A stretch of DNA of 64,000 nucleotides from positions 22,541 to 86,540 of the forward strand of contig CAJFOF010000061.1 in the NCBI GenBank assembly GCA_904395885.1. The letters are read 5' to 3'. The position numbers and the translations under genes are program-made. Under the pieces are notes generated by a model. The model was given only the letters and a program-made list of their open reading frames with translations. It ran no database searches and was not told where the DNA came from. The stretch comes from an uncultured Lachnospiraceae bacterium (GTDB lineage: Bacteria; Bacillota; Clostridia; Lachnospirales; Lachnospiraceae). This document shows, one piece after another, positions 50,000 to 59,442 of this stretch (position 1 is its first letter; each line of letters opens with the position of its first letter).

Positions 50000-51405
50000 C
50001 CTGGATAATACTTATTTTTGAGAGATTGTCCTGTACACTTTGCCCACCCCAGAGGATAGCCATCTACAAGCACCAGGCACCATCCGTCCCGAAGAGTCTC
50101 TCTCTCCTCGCCAGACAAAGAAATCGTTTCCCCTTTCAGATAACGGATTACCCTGTCGTCATCCCGCCGGAACGAACATTCGTTGTCAAATTGTCCCCCG
50201 CGCAGAGTCATGGCCAAAGCCTGGGAAGGCTCAAATCTCTCTTTTTTAATCTCACCCATAAGAAGGCCTGTCCTCAAATAGCGGAGACCGCTTTCTCTTA
50301 TAAAACTTTCCGGCAGATAGTAGACCAGTCCGTTTTTTTCCATCAGCCGGGTAGGATCCAGCTCCATTCCACTGCAGTGAGACCAGAATTCTGTAAAAGC
50401 AGAGCTGATCCCGGTACTGCTTGTCGGCACTGGCCTGCTTTTTTCAGAACGGATATCCGGCTCGGATTTCTTGCCGTAATAGAGCTCCAGCAGACTTTTT
50501 TCCGGACTTTCCGGATGTTTATACAAAAGCGCAATAAAGTGCCCTTCGCCCTTCAGCTTATGGGGGAAGAGTCTGAGGCAGCCGGACAGGCCGATGCCGT
50601 CGGCAGCTCCTTCAAATAAAGGGAGACTCAGCAGGCCCATGCTGGGGAATTCTTCCAGAATATAGTTGATAATGTCCTCATCCTCTTCCATAGAAAAGGT
50701 GCAGGTGGAATACATCAGGTAACCGCCTGGCTTTAACATTCTGACTGCCTGGGCTGCAATATCCCTCTGAAGCTTCTGATAATGGCTTGGGCCGTGCTGG
50801 AGCCAATCCTTCACCATATCCTTATCTTTTCGGAACATTCCCTCTCCGGAACACGGGGCATCTACCAGGATTTTGTCAAAAAAACAGGGGAAAACATCTG
50901 CCAGCTTTTTGGGCGTGTCACTTGTCACACAGAAATTGGTGATCCCTGCCATTTCCAGATTTTTCAGGAGAGCTTTCGCCCTGGAGTTGCTGATATCATT
51001 GGCAATCAGCATTCCTTTTCCTTTCAGCTTTGCTCCCAGCTCCGTGCTCTTGCCGCCAGGCGCGGCACAGAGATCCAGAACCATATCTCCAGGTGTAACA
51101 GGGAGAATAGACGCCGGAGTCATTGCGCTTGGTTCCTGAAGATAATATAATCCCGCATAGTAATAAGGATCTTTCGCAGGTCTGGCGTCCTGCCCGTAAT
51201 AAAAGCCATTGGGAATCCAGGGGATCTTTTCCAGATTCCAGGGGCTCAGCCGCTCCAAATCGTCAGGAGAAATTTTATTGGTATTTGCCCGCAATCCACG
51301 GAATCCCTCTTCCTTAAAACTCTCAATATAATGAATATAGTCTTCTTCACCTAAAAGCCCTCTCATCCGTTCCAGATAAGCCTCGGGCAGCTCGTTTTCT
51401 CTCAC
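49984..51405 (-). CDS. RsmF/RsmB-type (NOL1/NOP2/Sun) rRNA cytosine-C5 methyltransferase
   Basis: SAM motif LDLCAAPGGKS, DAPCSGEG, catalytic TCT, and a C-terminal PUA-like extension. The start is GTG at 51405. Confidence 0.82.
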   Translation of the reverse strand: MRENELPEAYLERMRGLLGEEDYIHYIESFKEEGFRGLRANTNKISPDDLERLSPWNLEKIPWIPNGFYYGQDARPAKDPYYYAGLYYLQEPSAMTPASILPVTPGDMVLDLCAAPGGKSTELGAKLKGKGMLIANDISNSRAKALLKNLEMAGITNFCVTSDTPKKLADVFPCFFDKILVDAPCSGEGMFRKDKDMVKDWLQHGPSHYQKLQRDIAAQAVRMLKPGGYLMYSTCTFSMEEDEDIINYILEEFPSMGLLSLPLFEGAADGIGLSGCLRLFPHKLKGEGHFIALLYKHPESPEKSLLELYYGKKSEPDIRSEKSRPVPTSSTGISSAFTEFWSHCSGMELDPTRLMEKNGLVYYLPESFIRESGLRYLRTGLLMGEIKKERFEPSQALAMTLRGGQFDNECSFRRDDDRVIRYLKGETISLSGEERETLRDGWCLVLVDGYPLGWAKCTGQSLKNKYYPGWRWQ

Positions 51406-51521
51406 GTTTCATGCCTCTTTTCCAAAACTTCTGTGTTTCATAATACCATATCCTGACGAAAAATGGTATTAGTTAATCTGTATATTTTTATGGCCTGCAT
51501 CCCGGCCTTTTTATAACAGGA

Positions 51522-52328
51522 TCAGTAAGCCCACTCCAGCCGGTATTTCTCCAGATATTTTAAAAGCCAGTAGGGATTGACCGATAGTTCGTCATAGTGA
51601 TCTGTCTTGATATAAAGTCCCAGATGGAGATGGACGTCAAAATTTCCGGTAGTTCCGGGAATCGCACTGTACCCGCTGTCTCCCATGTAGCCCAGCAGAG
51701 TTCCGGCTTTTATGGGATCGCCCTCCTCCCAGTCGGCTGCATAGCTGTACAGGTGGGCGTAATACAGATACAATCCGCTCTCCGAGCGAATACCGATCCG
51801 CCAGCCGCCTTGTTCCAGCCAACCGATTTTTTCAATCACCCCATCGCTTATGCTGATTACAGGAAAGTACCCTCTCTCAGCACCATTCGCCATAATATCA
51901 CAGCCTTCATGTCCACGTTCGCCTCCATACGTCCTGGTGTCCATCCAGCAATTCTCGTAGGAGATCTCAGCTCCTCCCTCGTTCAGATTGTCTGGTATGG
52001 GGAAGTATTTCAGATCTTGAACCACCGTTTCATAGGCAGTAGTCAGCTTCCGGTAGGCTTCCGGTTTTCTGGCCATAACCGGCCCGCTTGTAAATTCCAG
52101 AGAGGAAAGCTCTGTCAGGTCATAGTCATTCTCCACCATAAGGGCAGCGATCATCTGGGGATCCAACTCCTCCTGCTGCGCCACCAGCGGCCCCAGCTCC
52201 ATATTTCTGAATTCCTCACTCTCCCAAGTATAGGCATCCAGTTGAGTATAATCCGGATTGGCAATCAGATAATTGGACATAGCAGCACTGAAAAATGCCA
52301 GAGCCAGAATCAGGACAAAGAGAAGCAT
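51522..52328 (-). CDS. M23 family metallopeptidase (LytM-type), membrane anchored
   Basis: N-terminal TM helix, with HEGCDI and the HLHLG zinc-ligand motif. Confidence 0.82.
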   Translation of the reverse strand: MLLFVLILALAFFSAAMSNYLIANPDYTQLDAYTWESEEFRNMELGPLVAQQEELDPQMIAALMVENDYDLTELSSLEFTSGPVMARKPEAYRKLTTAYETVVQDLKYFPIPDNLNEGGAEISYENCWMDTRTYGGERGHEGCDIMANGAERGYFPVISISDGVIEKIGWLEQGGWRIGIRSESGLYLYYAHLYSYAADWEEGDPIKAGTLLGYMGDSGYSAIPGTTGNFDVHLHLGLYIKTDHYDELSVNPYWLLKYLEKYRLEWAY

Positions 52329-52381
52329 ATCCCCACCTTACCGTTTCATATAAGTGTATAAAGCATTGTATTCAGGTGTCT

Positions 52382-53359
52382 ATGAAAAAATCCTCTGTTT
52401 CGCTGATTTACCGCATACTGTCCATTCTCTCTCTCTTTTTGCTGCTGACGGATCCTTCTCTGGCGCTGGAGGGAGCTAAAAACGGTCTTCTCTTATGGGG
52501 CATGGTGATTGTGCCGACCCTTTTTCCATTTATGCTCTGCTCGGCTGCTATTGTAGGTTCGGGCGGTGTTCCCTGGCTGACCCGACCTTTTATGCCGTTC
52601 TTTTCCCGCTTCCTGCACCTGTCGGAAAATGGCTCTTATGTCCTGCTCTCAGGGCTGCTCTGCGGTTATCCCATGGGAGCCAAAACCTGCGGAGAGTTTT
52701 ATCGGGAAGGCCGGATCTCTTTTTCGGAAGCCAGACGCCTGCTGGCGTTTACGAACCATCCCAGCCCTATGTTCCTGGTCGGCTATGCAGCCAGTCAGAT
52801 CTCTGCCATACCCGGGAATCCGCTTCTATGTCCTGTCTGGAGACTTCTCCTCTGCATCTACCTGCCAATTCTCCCGCTGGCGGTTTTATCCGGCAAAATA
52901 TATGGAATCTGCCCAGCCTCCGAGCACAAAGGGAAACCGGCTTCAGCACCAGCCGGAAATCCCGTATCTCTGGATGAGGCTATCACCTCCTGTGCGGAAA
53001 CCATGGTAAAAATCGGGGCTTATATTATGATTTTTTCTATCATTGTTCTTTACGGGGCGAAAATTCCATTTTCCAATCCCGTATACCGGGGGATTCTGTT
53101 AAGCAGCATTGAAATTACGACGGGCATACAGGCAGTCGCCTTAACGGTCTCCGGCCCTGCCGGGCCTCTCCTGATCACTATGGCTTCTGCCTTCGGCGGG
53201 CTGTCCGGGATTTTTCAGACCAAAAGTGTTATCGGTTCCAGCACGACAAAAAATGCCGGATTATCTATCCGGCATTATGTACTGTGGAAACTTCTCCATG
53301 GACTCAGCTCTGGGATCCTTTTTATTCTGTCTGGGTTCCTTGCCCATTTTCTGTGTTAG
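52382..53359 (+). CDS. ylbJ: Sporulation integral membrane protein YlbJ (nucleoside-recognition/Gate domain family)
   Basis: GAKNGLLLWGMVIVPTLFPFML...LLSGLLCGYPMGAK..., polytopic. Synteny with coaD and rsmD matches Bacillus ylbH-ylbI-ylbJ. The start is at ATG 52382. Confidence 0.75.
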   Translation: MKKSSVSLIYRILSILSLFLLLTDPSLALEGAKNGLLLWGMVIVPTLFPFMLCSAAIVGSGGVPWLTRPFMPFFSRFLHLSENGSYVLLSGLLCGYPMGAKTCGEFYREGRISFSEARRLLAFTNHPSPMFLVGYAASQISAIPGNPLLCPVWRLLLCIYLPILPLAVLSGKIYGICPASEHKGKPASAPAGNPVSLDEAITSCAETMVKIGAYIMIFSIIVLYGAKIPFSNPVYRGILLSSIEITTGIQAVALTVSGPAGPLLITMASAFGGLSGIFQTKSVIGSSTTKNAGLSIRHYVLWKLLHGLSSGILFILSGFLAHFLC

Positions 53360-53918
53360 GTTCATCTGCAGGAGCGGCGATTCCTCCCGCAAGCTCATTG
53401 CGATTTGAAGTGACAATATCGTAGCTGGACTGCATGGAAGACATAAAGGCGTCAAACCGCCCCTTTGCGCCCTCCATAGAGTGGTTGATGATAGTCTGAA
53501 GACTCCGGAGCATATCATCCGTATACTGGATAGCTCCCTGACGAATATTGTTGGCATCGTTCACAGCATTGTCCACAATGGCTTGGGCCTGGGCATTGGC
53601 CTGCTCAATTACCTCATTGGCATTGGCATAGGCTCTCTGCATGATCTCATGTTCGTTTACCAGCTCATTTGTCTGGGCATTGGCCTCCTGAAGCATAGCG
53701 TCAGCCTGTGTCCTTGCCTCGTTCAGAATGGCATCCTGGTTGCTGATAATTTTCTGATACTGTTTGATCTCATCAGGAATCCTAAGGCGCAGCTCAACCA
53801 AAAGTTCTTCCAGCTCCTCCTTATTCACCAGTATCTTTGTATTAGAAAGCGGCTGATATTTGCAGCTATCAATAAATTCTTCAATTTCGTTTATCAACTG
53901 TTCAATTCTGCTTACCAT
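53322..53918 (-). CDS. Coiled-coil protein of unknown function (Ala/Asn/Gln/Glu-rich)
   Basis: 198 aa, with heptad-like repeats (NEARTQADAMLQEANAQTNELVNEHEIMQRAYANANEVIEQANAQAQAIVDNA). The 3' end overlaps the convergent ylbJ by 38 nt. Confidence 0.6.
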   Translation of the reverse strand: MVSRIEQLINEIEEFIDSCKYQPLSNTKILVNKEELEELLVELRLRIPDEIKQYQKIISNQDAILNEARTQADAMLQEANAQTNELVNEHEIMQRAYANANEVIEQANAQAQAIVDNAVNDANNIRQGAIQYTDDMLRSLQTIINHSMEGAKGRFDAFMSSMQSSYDIVTSNRNELAGGIAAPADEPNTENGQGTQTE

Positions 53919-53961
53919 AATGACCTCTCCTTACCCTGTTTTTGGGATGATAAACCCCTTT

Positions 53962-54462
53962 CTATTTTTTTCCCAGATCTCTGCCCTGTGCAAATTTCTC
54001 CATAACTTTCCGGGCGATCTGAGGATGAAGGAATTCCTGGATATCCCCGCCGAATTCCGCAATTTCTTTTACAATGCTGGAGCTTAAATAAGAATATTTT
54101 AAATTTGTATTCAAAAATAATGTATCAATTTCAGGTGCAATAACCCTGTTGGTCTGGGCCATCTGAAGCTCATACTCAAAATCAGTGACGGCTCTCAGCC
54201 CCCGGACAATCACTTTTGCATCGCAGCTCCGCGCGAAATCAATTAACAGCCCGTCAAAGCACCGCACCTCCACATTGGGAAGGTCCTTTGTGACCTCCTC
54301 TAACATCTTAACACGTTCTTGGGCGGAAAACAACGGGGTTTTCGATTTATTCTGCAAAACTCCGATTACCACCCGATCCATGATTTTTGCTGTTCTCTCT
54401 ATAATGTCATAGTGACCCAGTGTGACCGGGTCAAAGCTTCCGGGATATACTGCTGTTTTCAT
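53962..54462 (-). CDS. coaD: Phosphopantetheine adenylyltransferase
   Basis: [21 protein letters not shown]...ISSSIVKE. The start is at ATG 54462-54460. Confidence 0.93.
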   Translation of the reverse strand: MKTAVYPGSFDPVTLGHYDIIERTAKIMDRVVIGVLQNKSKTPLFSAQERVKMLEEVTKDLPNVEVRCFDGLLIDFARSCDAKVIVRGLRAVTDFEYELQMAQTNRVIAPEIDTLFLNTNLKYSYLSSSIVKEIAEFGGDIQEFLHPQIARKVMEKFAQGRDLGKK

Positions 54463-54524
54463 ACGTTTCCTCACGATCTTTTTATTCTTGATGGTACGCG
54501 AAAAGCGCATTTATCCTCTGCAGT

Positions 54525-55112
54525 TCAGGCAGTTGGCAAATCTTCCGTCTGCTTTGCAGAATTTTTGCAGATAAATACGTGTTTGTTGGTCTTATATTCT
54601 TTATTTTTGACAAGCTGGTAGCCATTCTCGGACAGCCAGCTAAAATCTGTATCCAGGGAAGCCTCCACAATGATCAGAGAAGTCTCATCTGCCAGAGAAG
54701 AATCCTTTATATATTCCAGAATCTTCTTCTCCCATCCCATCCGGTACGGCGGATCCATAAAAATCAGATCAAAGGTCTTTCCCTCCAGTATCAGGGTGTT
54801 CAATGCCCTGATAACATCTCCCTGAATAACAGCCGCCCCTTTTTCCAGGCGGGTCGTCTTTAAATTTTCTTTAATACATGAAACGGCGGCAGGATTTTGT
54901 TCTACAAAAACAGTCTCAGCCGCACCTCGGCTCAAGGCCTCAATTCCAATGGCGCCACTTCCAGAAAAAAGATCCAGAAAACGGCAATCCAGAATTTCTG
55001 GCTGAAGCATATTGAATAACGTCTCTTTGATCCGGTCTGTAGTCGGCCTGGTTTCCAGGCCTGGAATCGTCTTTAACTGCAGCCTTTTGGCGCTGCCTGC
55101 AATTACTCTCAT
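54525..55112 (-). CDS. rsmD: 16S rRNA (guanine966-N2)-methyltransferase RsmD
   Basis: MRVIAGSAKRLQLKTIPGLETRPTTDRIKETLFNML...DLFSGSGAIGIEALSRGA...DPPY. The start is at ATG 55112-55110. Confidence 0.9.
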   Translation of the reverse strand: MRVIAGSAKRLQLKTIPGLETRPTTDRIKETLFNMLQPEILDCRFLDLFSGSGAIGIEALSRGAAETVFVEQNPAAVSCIKENLKTTRLEKGAAVIQGDVIRALNTLILEGKTFDLIFMDPPYRMGWEKKILEYIKDSSLADETSLIIVEASLDTDFSWLSENGYQLVKNKEYKTNKHVFICKNSAKQTEDLPTA

Positions 55113-55227
55113 GGTTTTCTCCTTATCCCTAACAGTATAATATGAATATTTCAGATAGACAAGAGAAATTTTTTTAATGGTCAAAAAAATCATTGCTATC
55201 TTTTGGAAGAATACCAAGAACCTTCTA

Positions 55228-55256
55228 GTGTATTAATCTTTCTGCGGCACATACTA
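55228..55256 (+). promoter_or_regulatory. Forespore-type (sigma-G/sigma-F-like) promoter for the SASP gene
   Basis: The -10-like box is CATACTA (55250-55256), preceded by GTGTATT about 15-17 nt upstream. This resembles the sigma-G consensus GHATR-N17/18-CATNNTA. Confidence 0.4.
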
Positions 55257-55329
55257 CGGATGTAGCACAAAACAAGCCGCTGCCTGCTAATAAAATGCGG
55301 CGGCAAATCGAATCAAAGGAGGCGTTTTT

Positions 55330-55539
55330 ATGTCTACAAGTAATTCTTCTAACAAAACAAACGTACCTGAAGCAAGAGAAGCAATGGACCGTTTTAAGAT
55401 GGAAGTTGCGAACGAATTAGGCGTACCGCTGACCAACGGCTACAACGGCAACCTGACATCTGCTCAGAACGGTTCTGTCGGCGGGTATATGGTCAAGAAA
55501 ATGATCGAGGCCCAGGAACGTCAGATGGCCGGCAAATAA
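55330..55539 (+). CDS. Alpha/beta-type small acid-soluble spore protein
   Basis: 69 aa: ...AMDRFKMEVANELGV.........GNLTSAQNGSVGGYMVKKMIE, the two conserved SASP blocks. Confidence 0.92.
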   Translation: MSTSNSSNKTNVPEAREAMDRFKMEVANELGVPLTNGYNGNLTSAQNGSVGGYMVKKMIEAQERQMAGK

Positions 55540-55618
55540 AGATTGCCTGACTTTGCTGATTGTTAAGGTGCTTTCACAGGCATTTTAACAAAAATTCTCA
55601 AAATCGAACACAGAGAAC

Positions 55619-55666
55619 GGGCGCCGCAAGATCACTTGAAAAAGCGATGTTACGGCGCCCTTCTTT
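55619..55666 (+). terminator. Terminator hairpin after the SASP gene
   Basis: GGGCGCCG (55619-55626) pairs with CGGCGCCC (55653-55660), followed by TTCTTT. Confidence 0.5.
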
Positions 55667-55685
55667 AATGGGATTTTCCAGTTAA

Positions 55686-56201
55686 TCAGCGAATATAGGT
55701 GACTTCTCCGGTGCGTTTTTTGTCATCAGAAGGAAGCTCCCCGTATCCCAGGGCAGCCATGCCATAGACAACATGGTCGGCTGGTATTTCTAATTTTGAA
55801 AGGATCTGACGAACTTTTGGATCGTCGCAGATACCCTGAAGCTGGTTGATCCACACCGAACCGATTCCCAGAGAATGGGCGGCCAGAAAAATATTTTCCA
55901 TGGCGCAGGCATTATCTTCTTTTCCGTAAGGGCTTTCTTTTTGATTCGAGGGAATGATGAGCACTTCCGGTTGATACATATCATACCCGCTGCGGCCAAG
56001 AACCTCCCCGATTACGCCTGCCAGTTCCTGGATTTTTTCCCGGTTTTCTACCACAGTAAATTTCCATGTCTGAAGCCCTCTGGCGCTGGGCGCGCACAGG
56101 GCAGCTTTTACGATCTGCTGGAGTTCTTCTTCAGGGATCGGTTTTCTTAGAAATTTCCTGGTGCTTCTGCGGGTAAAGATTGTTTTTAAGGTATCATTCA
56201 T
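55686..56201 (-). CDS. Nitroreductase family protein
   Basis: RRSTRKF..., PSARGLQ and a small (171 aa) NADH oxidase/flavin reductase fold. Confidence 0.82.
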   Translation of the reverse strand: MNDTLKTIFTRRSTRKFLRKPIPEEELQQIVKAALCAPSARGLQTWKFTVVENREKIQELAGVIGEVLGRSGYDMYQPEVLIIPSNQKESPYGKEDNACAMENIFLAAHSLGIGSVWINQLQGICDDPKVRQILSKLEIPADHVVYGMAALGYGELPSDDKKRTGEVTYIR

Positions 56202-56226
56202 GATTCATTTAACCTCCTTATATCTA

Positions 56227-57222
56227 TTAACTCCACATCTGGGATTCAGACTGAATCAGCTCATAAGGATGAAGAAGGGCCCGATCCATCAGTATGGCAA
56301 AATATGCGTCCTGAAGGGCTTCTCTCAAAGGATATGCTTCCTCTCCTGTCTCAATATAGGTCTTCATCCGGGACAGCAGTCGGGCGATGGCAGCCTCATC
56401 ATCGGTCAGGCCGTAAGACGCAAAGGGATTTTCCCAGGTCAGATCTCTTATTATGTGGTTCCCATTGTCCATACAGGTAATTTTGCCATCTTTGATTTCC
56501 CCTTTAGTTCCCTGAATTCGGTAACCTGTGCTCCGGATCAGCGAATGGTACTGGACAGAGGAGAAGTCGTAAAATCCCACTTTCCCACTCTCAAATTCTA
56601 TATCCAGTCGGATTCTGTCTTTATTTACGATCTCTCCGTCAAGAATGATGCCATTTCTTCCCCCTGTTTCCAGCACAGGGAAAGAAAACCGTTTCCCGAT
56701 AAAGGAAGCATTTTCAAAGCCTGCCCCCAGCATTCTTCTAATCAGGCTGACGCCGTGATAATCGTGAGCGACAGACAGATCGACAGCACAGGGATCTCCG
56801 ATAAGGCCGTCCTGGACAGATTTTATTGCGGCCTCATACTGAGGAAACAGATGATACTGTTCTGCTACCTGGAGCCTTGCCCCGTAACACTGGAGCTGCC
56901 ATGCATCTTCCAGATCTTCCAGCTTTAAAGCGGCCGGAGTCTCGCAAAGTACCGGAAAGCCTTTATTGAGCCAGTATCGGGCGACTTTGAAGATATCCGT
57001 TTTGTTTACAGCCACGATAACAAAATCTGGTTTCAGAGAGGCGCACTCCGCCTCAGAAGTGGTGGCATGGACACCTGTTTTTTCATGCATATATCCGGCT
57101 TTTTCAGAAGTCCGACACAGCATAGCGGCCGCCTCGAACTGTTCCGGCATAGCCTGGGCAATCCTCACATAAAATTCTGACCGCCAGCCAGAGCCAACGA
57201 TAACGTAACGTATCTTTGCCAT
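56227..57222 (-). CDS. Gfo/Idh/MocA family oxidoreductase
   Basis: N-terminal Rossmann fold IRYVIVGSGWRSEFY, EKP-like CETP motif, 331 aa. Confidence 0.75.
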   Translation of the reverse strand: MAKIRYVIVGSGWRSEFYVRIAQAMPEQFEAAAMLCRTSEKAGYMHEKTGVHATTSEAECASLKPDFVIVAVNKTDIFKVARYWLNKGFPVLCETPAALKLEDLEDAWQLQCYGARLQVAEQYHLFPQYEAAIKSVQDGLIGDPCAVDLSVAHDYHGVSLIRRMLGAGFENASFIGKRFSFPVLETGGRNGIILDGEIVNKDRIRLDIEFESGKVGFYDFSSVQYHSLIRSTGYRIQGTKGEIKDGKITCMDNGNHIIRDLTWENPFASYGLTDDEAAIARLLSRMKTYIETGEEAYPLREALQDAYFAILMDRALLHPYELIQSESQMWS

Positions 57223-57224
57223 AA

Positions 57225-59399
57225 TTATAAATTCAACCTTTCGTAGCTTTTCGTCAGGTAAGCGTCCAGCCGCTTTTTCAGATCCCGGTGGTCTTCTCGC
57301 TCCAACCCCGGGTCTTCTTCCAGCAGTCTGTCAACTTCCTCTGAAACTTGTTTTAATATTTCTGCGTCTGTAAAAATATCTGCCAGTTTGAATTCCATGT
57401 CGCCGCTCTGGCGCATTCCAAAGATGTCTCCCGGCCCTCTCAGCTTTAAATCTTCTGAGGCAATATAAAACCCATCATTGGAGCGGTTGAGAATATCCAG
57501 CCGCTTTCCGGTTTCTTCATCTCCGGACGAATTGATCATAATGCAGTATGACTGGAATCGCCCTCTTCCCACCCGGCCTCTTAGCTGATGAAGCTGCGCT
57601 AAGCCGAACCGCTCTGCATTTTCAATCATCATGACAGTAGCGTTGGGAACATTGACCCCTACTTCCACTACTGTGGTGGAAACCAGCACCTGGATTTCCC
57701 CTCGTGCAAACTGTTCCATAACCTTATTTTTTTCTTTGGGCTTCATTTTTCCGTGAAGGTACTCAACAGTCACATCAGAAGGGAGAGATTTTTTCAAAAC
57801 CTTTGTATAATCCAGAACATTTTCGGCCTCAATCATTTCGCTTGGCTCTACCATAGGACAGATTACGTAAGCCTGCCGTCCCTGAGCCGTCTGTCCAGCT
57901 ATAAAATCGTATGCCTTTTTGCGGTAATCCGGCCCAACCACACAGTTTTTAATGGGAAGCCGGCTGGCAGGAACCTGGTCGATCACGGAGATATCCAGAT
58001 CACCGTACAAAATGATCGCCAGAGTTCTGGGGATGGGTGTGGCGCTCATGACCATGATATGAGGAGTATTTCCCTTCTCCCCGAGGGCTTCCCTCTGTCC
58101 CACACCGAACCGATGCTGCTCGTCGGTAATGACCAGGGCCAAGTTGTCAAAAATCACCTTTTCCTGGATCAGAGCGTGGGTTCCTATGACGATATCTGCC
58201 TCATGGGAGGCAATCTTTTCGTAAGCGTCCCTTTTTTCTCTGGCTGTCATAGAACCGGTCACAAGAACGGGAGTTTTATCGATTTCCTGTTCTTGAAACA
58301 ACTGAGAGATTGATTCAAAATGCTGCCTTGCCAGAACCTCTGTAGGAGCCATCAGTGCTCCCTGATAACCGTTATATGCGGTAAGCAGCAGGGCAAGAAC
58401 AGCCAGGATTGTTTTTCCGGACCCTACATCGCCCTGGATCAGCCGGTTCATTACCATTCCACCGGTCAGATCCTCCACAATCTCCTGGAAAGCCCGTTCC
58501 TGCGCCTGAGTCAGTTCATAAGGGAGCGCCTTCTTGATTTTACCGACCTCCGGCACCGCAACCATGGGATAGAGAGTTTTCCTGTCATCTCTCTTTTCTT
58601 TCAGCCTTCGGACCGCCATGATAAACAGGAAAAATTCATCAAAGACCAGACGCTTTCTCGCAAACAAAAGTTCCTGGCTGTCTGACGGAAAATGAATATG
58701 CTGGATCGCAAAATTGTATTCTGCAAGGTGGTATTTTTTTCGCAGATCTTCCGGAAGGAACTCTCGCTCCATCGGCCGCAAAGCCATAGCCTGACAGACC
58801 GCTTTCACGATTGCCTTGTTGCCCAAACCTCTGGTCTGCCCGTAGATGGGCTGCAGAGAGTGTACTTTTTCTCCGTATTCCTCAGGTCGGAAAACTTCTG
58901 GCTGCTCCATCACCAGGCGTCCCCGCTTTTTGACCACCTTTCCCCGGAATATGTAGTGGCTTCCGGCTTTCAGATTTGCCCGCATGTAGGGCATATTGTA
59001 CCAGGCCAACTGAAGGGTTCCGGTCAGATCTTTTAAAATTACAGAGACCATCTGAAGCCTGTCAAACCGCAGGAGATCCGCCGTCTTGGTCAGCGTTCCC
59101 TCCACCGCAGCGATTTTTCCCTCCTGCAGCGCGCCGATGGGAACTGGTTCCTCGTAGGCGTCATAGGCTCTTGGATAGTAGGAAATCAGATCCTCCACCG
59201 TATCAACACCCAGCTTGCGGAACAGTTTTCCCGTCTTATCGCCAATGCCTTTTAACTCTTCAATGGGAGCAGCCACAGCCGCTTGCCCTCCTTCCGTCAC
59301 TCTGCGGATCAAGTCAGCAATCCGTTGTCCGGCAGAGAAAATTTTTCTGTCATACGATGGCAAGGGCGCCTTTGTTACGGCGCCCTCTCGTTTTCTCAT
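57225..59399 (-). CDS. recG: ATP-dependent DNA helicase RecG
   Basis: Wedge domain, helicase motifs GDVGSGKT, DEQHRFG, SATPIPRT and QLHQLRGRVGRG. The N-terminus is about 40 aa longer than usual, so the true start is uncertain. Confidence 0.92.
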   Translation of the reverse strand: MRKREGAVTKAPLPSYDRKIFSAGQRIADLIRRVTEGGQAAVAAPIEELKGIGDKTGKLFRKLGVDTVEDLISYYPRAYDAYEEPVPIGALQEGKIAAVEGTLTKTADLLRFDRLQMVSVILKDLTGTLQLAWYNMPYMRANLKAGSHYIFRGKVVKKRGRLVMEQPEVFRPEEYGEKVHSLQPIYGQTRGLGNKAIVKAVCQAMALRPMEREFLPEDLRKKYHLAEYNFAIQHIHFPSDSQELLFARKRLVFDEFFLFIMAVRRLKEKRDDRKTLYPMVAVPEVGKIKKALPYELTQAQERAFQEIVEDLTGGMVMNRLIQGDVGSGKTILAVLALLLTAYNGYQGALMAPTEVLARQHFESISQLFQEQEIDKTPVLVTGSMTAREKRDAYEKIASHEADIVIGTHALIQEKVIFDNLALVITDEQHRFGVGQREALGEKGNTPHIMVMSATPIPRTLAIILYGDLDISVIDQVPASRLPIKNCVVGPDYRKKAYDFIAGQTAQGRQAYVICPMVEPSEMIEAENVLDYTKVLKKSLPSDVTVEYLHGKMKPKEKNKVMEQFARGEIQVLVSTTVVEVGVNVPNATVMMIENAERFGLAQLHQLRGRVGRGRFQSYCIMINSSGDEETGKRLDILNRSNDGFYIASEDLKLRGPGDIFGMRQSGDMEFKLADIFTDAEILKQVSEEVDRLLEEDPGLEREDHRDLKKRLDAYLTKSYERLNL

Positions 59400-59442
59400 A
59401 TTGATGCGGCGAAAAAAGCTCCCGCCGCCAGTTTCTGTATTC

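Noticed and set aside
57225-59399. An N-terminal extension of about 40 aa on RecG, considered as a possible extra domain.
   Set aside because: It more likely reflects start-codon uncertainty. The extension is not hydrophobic, carries no motif, and has no convincing RBS in front of it.
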